A stretch of DNA of 64,000 bases from a bacterium (GTDB taxonomy: Bacteria; SAR324; JACQKK01), in NCBI GenBank assembly GCA_965240465.1, contig OZ251219.1, positions 1,472,001 to 1,536,000 of the forward strand, written 5' to 3'. Of this stretch, positions 59,561-64,000 are shown one piece after another. Each line of letters starts with the position of its first letter. Positions within the stretch are counted from its first letter, which is position 1. The notes beneath the pieces were generated by a model, which was not told where the DNA came from, did no database searches, and worked only from the letters and a program-made list of their open reading frames with translations. A program made the translations under genes and the position numbers.

Positions 59561-60649
59561 TTAATCCTCTGCTACCCCGCTTCTGTTGTCATCCTCAATG
59601 CTACGATGAAATCTAGCATGACGATCTTCCCTTACTATCTGCGTCTTCCGTTGCGGTGGACGCCCTGCTTGTTGTTGATATGCCGTCTCGCACCAGTGCC
59701 AGAATATGTCTAAGAAATTCACTACTTCTGTGGATGGCAAACATTTTACGCTGGCTGCTCCCTCTCTGCCCCCGCCTCCAAAGCGTTCTGCCACTTTCCA
59801 TGCATCGCTGGGGCTATTTAACGGAGCGCGAATAGAGGCATCAAAGCTGCCATCGTGATTTTCTAGGGCTATCAATAACGCTTTATCAGGGTACTGACGC
59901 CCCAACTGCCCTAACCATACCTTGCGAACGCGGCGAACTGGTTCCCTAGGACGCAAAATGTACACCAGTCCATCGGGTTGATCTTCAACAATTAATAATT
60001 TCCTTGCATGCTCTAGATCTTCTTTCATCACCTTCCCGATCCGTGCCAGACGCTCATTTTCTTTGATAAAATCTAGAGGATTATCATATGCCATCATATT
60101 ATAGTGCATTTCAGTCACCGATAAATGCCCCGCATTCAGTAAGTCTCCATATGCATTGTAATTGAGCAATTCCGCTAGGGACTGTAGCTGTTCAACATCG
60201 TTTTCACTCAATCCGCTACCTTGCAGCAGTTTTTTTGCCTCAGATGGCATGTTGTCGCCAAATGCTCCTACGGCAGCCCATTCTTGATGAGCACCATTCA
60301 AGTGCTTATTAACCAACAAACTAGTACATGTTTCTGGGCTAGCATCTAAGTGCAATTCCAGTCTTTCATGCTCTGGCTGCTCAGAAGATATATGATGATC
60401 AAAACAACGAACCCTACATCCCTGTTTTAATAATTGCTTCAACGACACCAAATTACGCTCCAAAGGTAAGTCCAGCATCAAGATATCTCTGTTTTCCGCG
60501 GTCAAGATGGACATCAGCAAGCTGTGCTGGCTAAGCCCACCCGATACCACTTGGCGTTCATTCAACGGCTCTGCTAGTCGTATTTGCTGGATGGAACACA
60601 ACCCATCAGCATCCCCATGAAAAACGTCTATGGCTGTCATCGGTTTCAT
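59561..60649 (-). CDS. DHH-family phosphoesterase-like protein
   Basis: FHGDADG, LD, FDHH, GAFGDN, SIRAP, GGGGREGAA. Confidence 0.8.
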   Translation of the reverse strand: MKPMTAIDVFHGDADGLCSIQQIRLAEPLNERQVVSGGLSQHSLLMSILTAENRDILMLDLPLERNLVSLKQLLKQGCRVRCFDHHISSEQPEHERLELHLDASPETCTSLLVNKHLNGAHQEWAAVGAFGDNMPSEAKKLLQGSGLSENDVEQLQSLAELLNYNAYGDLLNAGHLSVTEMHYNMMAYDNPLDFIKENERLARIGKVMKEDLEHARKLLIVEDQPDGLVYILRPREPVRRVRKVWLGQLGRQYPDKALLIALENHDGSFDASIRAPLNSPSDAWKVAERFGGGGREGAASVKCLPSTEVVNFLDIFWHWCETAYQQQAGRPPQRKTQIVREDRHARFHRSIEDDNRSGVAED

Positions 60650-60824
60650 CAGTTGAAAGGAACAAGCTTATGCCACCGTCACTATAGCATTATATTAGCA
60701 AGGTATGTAAGAGAAACAGATGAAATGGATTATGCCCTAACTGCAGATAATTTGAAAGAGTGGCTTTCACCACAAAATGTGATAACTTTGCCAAGCGGGA
60801 TAACCAGCAAATTGAGGGTGTTTA

Positions 60825-62210
60825 TTGAATCCAAATAAAAACTTAAAAATTCCATTTGTAGTGCAAAGCACTCAAACAAGAGAACAAACTAATCCATCAG
60901 AATGCCCAAGCGGACTGGAGGGAGTACCATCCGATTTACCCAAAGAGGTTGGTTCACCTACTAAAGAGCTAGAAGAAAAATCTCGGAACATTTGGAGTGT
61001 CAGTGAATTTACCCATCGGGTCGGAGAGTTATTGGAGTCGGGTCTGGGTTCGGTGTTGGTGAAGGGTGAGGTTTCGGGATTTATTAGGGCGTCTTCGGGG
61101 CATTGCTATTTTCAGTTAAAAGATGAGGAAGCAATTTTACGGGTAGTCATATTTAGGGGGATAGCAGAAAGGATACGCTTTCAGGTAGAGAATGGATTGC
61201 AGTTGGTGGTTGGTGGCGACATAAGGGTGTACATGCAGAGGGGGGAATATCAGTTGCAGGCGGTTCGGGTTTTACCGCAGGGTATGGGCGAGCTTCAGCT
61301 GGCTTTTGAGCAGTTACAAAAACGATTGCAAGCAGAAGGCCTTTTTGATGAAAAACTGAAACGGAAATTGCCATGGCTTCCTAGGGCTGTGGGAGTAGTG
61401 ACATCGCCAAATGGGGCTGCTCTGCATGATATATTGGAGGTATTAAACAGGCGTTTTTTGGCTCTGCCAGTGGTGGTACAGCCGTGCGTGGTTCAGGGAG
61501 CTGGAGCAGGACAGAAATTGTCAGCTGCGGTACAATCATTGAGTACGCAAGCAGAGGAGCTAGGTATAGACGTGATCATAGTAGGTAGAGGAGGTGGTTC
61601 AGCAGAAGATCTGTGGGCTTTTAATGACGAGGGCTTAGCACGTGCCATTCGTGCGTGTAGTGTTCCAGTGGTTTCGGCAGTGGGTCATGAGATTGATTTT
61701 ACCATTGCCGATTTGGTAGCTGACCAGCGAGCCCCTACGCCTTCTGCTGCTGCTGAGATAGTCTCACCCCGACAGGATGATCTACTGGATCTAGTGATGA
61801 ATTCACGCCTAAGACTACATAGGGCAATGGAGCAAATACTTATCAGAAACAAGGAAAAACTACGCCATTTGCAGGTCCAAATTCGCTCTCCAATAGATTT
61901 CTGGCGATATGAAAAGCAGCGTCTCTATGGCCTACAAAAGCAGCTGTACGACCTCAAGAAAACTCTATTTGACACACCGAAAGCCCATTTGGCTCAGTTG
62001 AAAACCGCTCTAGATGCCCTAAGTCCGCTAGCGGTTCTGGCACGCGGATATGCGATTGTTAAGAATCGAAGCGGGCAGGCATTGCTTTGTGCTAGCAAAG
62101 CCAATCTGGGTGAAGCCCTAGATATTCGCTTGCATCAGGGAGAGTTGAATGTCAGGGTGGAGGGGATGTCTGTTGCTGATGCCAAATCTAGTCCGAAAAA
62201 AGATGACTAG
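60825..62210 (+). CDS. xseA: exodeoxyribonuclease VII large subunit (start uncertain)
   Basis: SGHCYFQLKD, VTSPNGAALHD, RGGGSAEDLWAFN, SAVGHEIDFT, PTPSAAAE, LARGYA. Confidence 0.97.
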   Translation: MNPNKNLKIPFVVQSTQTREQTNPSECPSGLEGVPSDLPKEVGSPTKELEEKSRNIWSVSEFTHRVGELLESGLGSVLVKGEVSGFIRASSGHCYFQLKDEEAILRVVIFRGIAERIRFQVENGLQLVVGGDIRVYMQRGEYQLQAVRVLPQGMGELQLAFEQLQKRLQAEGLFDEKLKRKLPWLPRAVGVVTSPNGAALHDILEVLNRRFLALPVVVQPCVVQGAGAGQKLSAAVQSLSTQAEELGIDVIIVGRGGGSAEDLWAFNDEGLARAIRACSVPVVSAVGHEIDFTIADLVADQRAPTPSAAAEIVSPRQDDLLDLVMNSRLRLHRAMEQILIRNKEKLRHLQVQIRSPIDFWRYEKQRLYGLQKQLYDLKKTLFDTPKAHLAQLKTALDALSPLAVLARGYAIVKNRSGQALLCASKANLGEALDIRLHQGELNVRVEGMSVADAKSSPKKDD

Positions 62211-62244
62211 CCCGAAAAAAGCTGACTAGTCCGAAAAAAGCTGG
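62188..62244. repeat. 19-bp tandem repeat x3 (CTAGTCCGAAAAAAGCTGA)
   Basis: Overlaps the xseA stop codon. Confidence 0.9.
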
Positions 62245-62319
62245 TAAGCCCAGCAAAGAAACTGAGATTTACTGCTTAATGCTTTTTATCTCCTGCTAGC
62301 ATCCTGAAAATACGAGCCT

Positions 62320-63777
62320 ATGGCAAAGAACATAACCCCACGCAATGAAAATTATAACCAGTGGTATTTGGATGTCATAAAAGCAGCACAATTGGCGGAT
62401 TATGCTCCAGTCAAAGGTTGTATGGTAATTAGACCCAATGGTTACGCCATTTGGGAATTGATGCAAGCTGAATTAAATGCTCGCTTTAAGGAAACAGGAC
62501 ATCAAAATGCTTATTTTCCCATGCTTATTCCAGAGCATTTTATCAAGAAAGAAGCCGAACATGTGGAAGGATTCTCTCCTGAATTAGCAGTGGTTACTCA
62601 TGCTGGAGGTAAGCCACTAGAGGAATCTCTGGCTATCCGACCTACCTCAGAAACAATGATCGGACATATGTACGCCCAGTGGATAAAGAGCTATCGGGAC
62701 CTTCCTTTGCTTATTAACCAGTGGTGCAATGTTGTGCGTTGGGAAATGCGTACTCGTCTCTTCCTGCGTACCTCAGAATTCCTATGGCAAGAAGGGCATA
62801 CCGCCCATGAAAATCATCAGGAAGCCGAAGCTGAAACCCTTAAGATTCTTGATATTTACAGGCAATTTTTCATCAATCATCTTGCCATGCCCGTGATAGC
62901 AGGCAAAAAAAGCGAAACTGAAAAATTCCCAGGGGCCTTGCATACCTACACCGTAGAAACCATGACCCAAGACCGAAAAGCCTTGCAAACGGGGACATCC
63001 CATAACCTAGGACAAAACTTCGCCCAAGCCTTCCAGATCAAATTCTTAGACAAAAACAACCAACTGCAATTAGTCCACACCACCAGCTGGGGAGTATCCA
63101 CTCGCATGATCGGCGGACTTATTATGACTCACAGTGATGACGACGGTTTAGTACTACCACCCAAGGTAGCTCCACTCCAAGTGGTCATTGTTCCGATTGC
63201 CAAAACCGAAGCCGAAATAAAAAAAGTCATGCCAATCGCAGAAAAAATCGCTGCCAACCTTCAGGAAAACTTTGAGCCACATCGCATCAAACTAGACCAA
63301 AATTTCGATGACCGACCCGCAGAACGCTTCTTCCACTGGATACAGCAAGGAGTACCACTAAGAATAGAAATAGGATCTCGCGACATCGCCCAAGAGCAAG
63401 CCATCCTGGTCAGGCGTGATAACAGAGAAAAAATTACGACCTCCTTTTCTTCTTTGACACAACAAGTCCAGCAAACCATGGAGAAAATCCAACTAAACCT
63501 GCTACAAAATGCCCAAAAATTTCAACATCAGCATTCATATCAGGTAGATTCCCTCCCCCAATTTCAACAGCAAATTGAACAAGGAGGATTCTGCTACGCT
63601 CACTGGGATAACACCACAAAATCCGAACAAAGGCTCAAATCCTTAGCTAAGGCTACTCTTCGCTACATCCCTTTTAAGCCTTCCGACCTGCCACCACATA
63701 TCAGCCCAGAACCCGGTAAATGCATTGTTAGCGGCCAGCCATCTAAGCAGCGAGTATTGTTTTCTCAGGCTTACTGA
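62320..63777 (+). CDS. proS: proline--tRNA ligase (archaeal/eukaryotic type)
   Basis: HVEGFSPE, RPTSET, VVRWEMRTRLFLRTSEFLWQEGHT, TSWGVSTR, terminal AY. Confidence 0.97.
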   Translation: MAKNITPRNENYNQWYLDVIKAAQLADYAPVKGCMVIRPNGYAIWELMQAELNARFKETGHQNAYFPMLIPEHFIKKEAEHVEGFSPELAVVTHAGGKPLEESLAIRPTSETMIGHMYAQWIKSYRDLPLLINQWCNVVRWEMRTRLFLRTSEFLWQEGHTAHENHQEAEAETLKILDIYRQFFINHLAMPVIAGKKSETEKFPGALHTYTVETMTQDRKALQTGTSHNLGQNFAQAFQIKFLDKNNQLQLVHTTSWGVSTRMIGGLIMTHSDDDGLVLPPKVAPLQVVIVPIAKTEAEIKKVMPIAEKIAANLQENFEPHRIKLDQNFDDRPAERFFHWIQQGVPLRIEIGSRDIAQEQAILVRRDNREKITTSFSSLTQQVQQTMEKIQLNLLQNAQKFQHQHSYQVDSLPQFQQQIEQGGFCYAHWDNTTKSEQRLKSLAKATLRYIPFKPSDLPPHISPEPGKCIVSGQPSKQRVLFSQAY

Positions 63778-63834
63778 GGTTAAATTATCACCGCCCCCGA
63801 TGGTGATAGGTTGAAAAAATTTGGGAGTATCAGT

Positions 63835-64000
63835 ATGGCACCTCAAGGTTATCGGGCTTTGGATGTAGAGGGGGTCAGGGCTTATGGTGCCGATGCCGAT
63901 GCGATTAGCAATATTTTGGGCGGGGATGCTCCCGACTGGCAAATAAGAGAGGTGGGAGATGGCAACTTAAACTTGGTCTTTGTGCTGAAAGGAACCAGCG
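63835..64000 (+). CDS. mtnK: S-methyl-5-thioribose kinase, N-terminal part (runs off the window end)
   Basis: Manual translation MAPQGYRALDVEGVRAY...WQIREVGDGNLNLVFVLKG; EVGDGNLNLVF is the MtnK signature; GGGAG RBS. Confidence 0.85.
   Translation, partial: MAPQGYRALDVEGVRAYGADADAISNILGGDAPDWQIREVGDGNLNLVFVLKGTS

Noticed and set aside
420-63942. Many 60-135 aa antisense or overlapping ORFs in the ORF track
   Set aside because: They lie within well-supported genes and show no recognisable motifs.

Overview
Bacterial chromosomal window, moderately AT-rich. The split atpZIBE operon, bamA-skp-fabZ-gnnA context and archaeal/eukaryotic-type proS suggest a deltaproteobacterial-grade or SAR324-like lineage (inference only). 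Most of it is housekeeping: rlmN, purF, tmRNA+smpB, purN, cdsA-dxr-rseP-tlyA, tRNA-Asn, atp F0 genes, hemL, lolD-bamA-skp-fabZ-gnnA-lptF, moaA, serS, xseA, proS, mtnK. The standout is a compact 12.3 kb, 15-ORF, single-strand phage head-and-tail module (15817-28077) between atpE and tRNA-Asn. It has a Mu-like head and a short non-contractile tail, with no integrase, repressor, replication, lysis or small-terminase gene and no visible att duplication. Its fine signals are intact: a -1 frameshift cassette, a nested scaffold start and a candidate promoter. This fits a candidate gene transfer agent (GTA) of a non-RcGTA type, but a decaying prophage is not excluded. Other oddities: a single-chain biotin-dependent carboxylase in CTalpha-CTbeta-BC-BCCP order, a MurC-MurB fusion with a repeat linker, a eukaryotic-type glutathione synthetase, an MTase-HNH fusion with an altered catalytic motif, two Rieske-fused enzymes, many short tandem repeats at gene junctions and kb-scale sawtooth strand skew. 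All assignments come from motif recognition by eye; no database searches were run.
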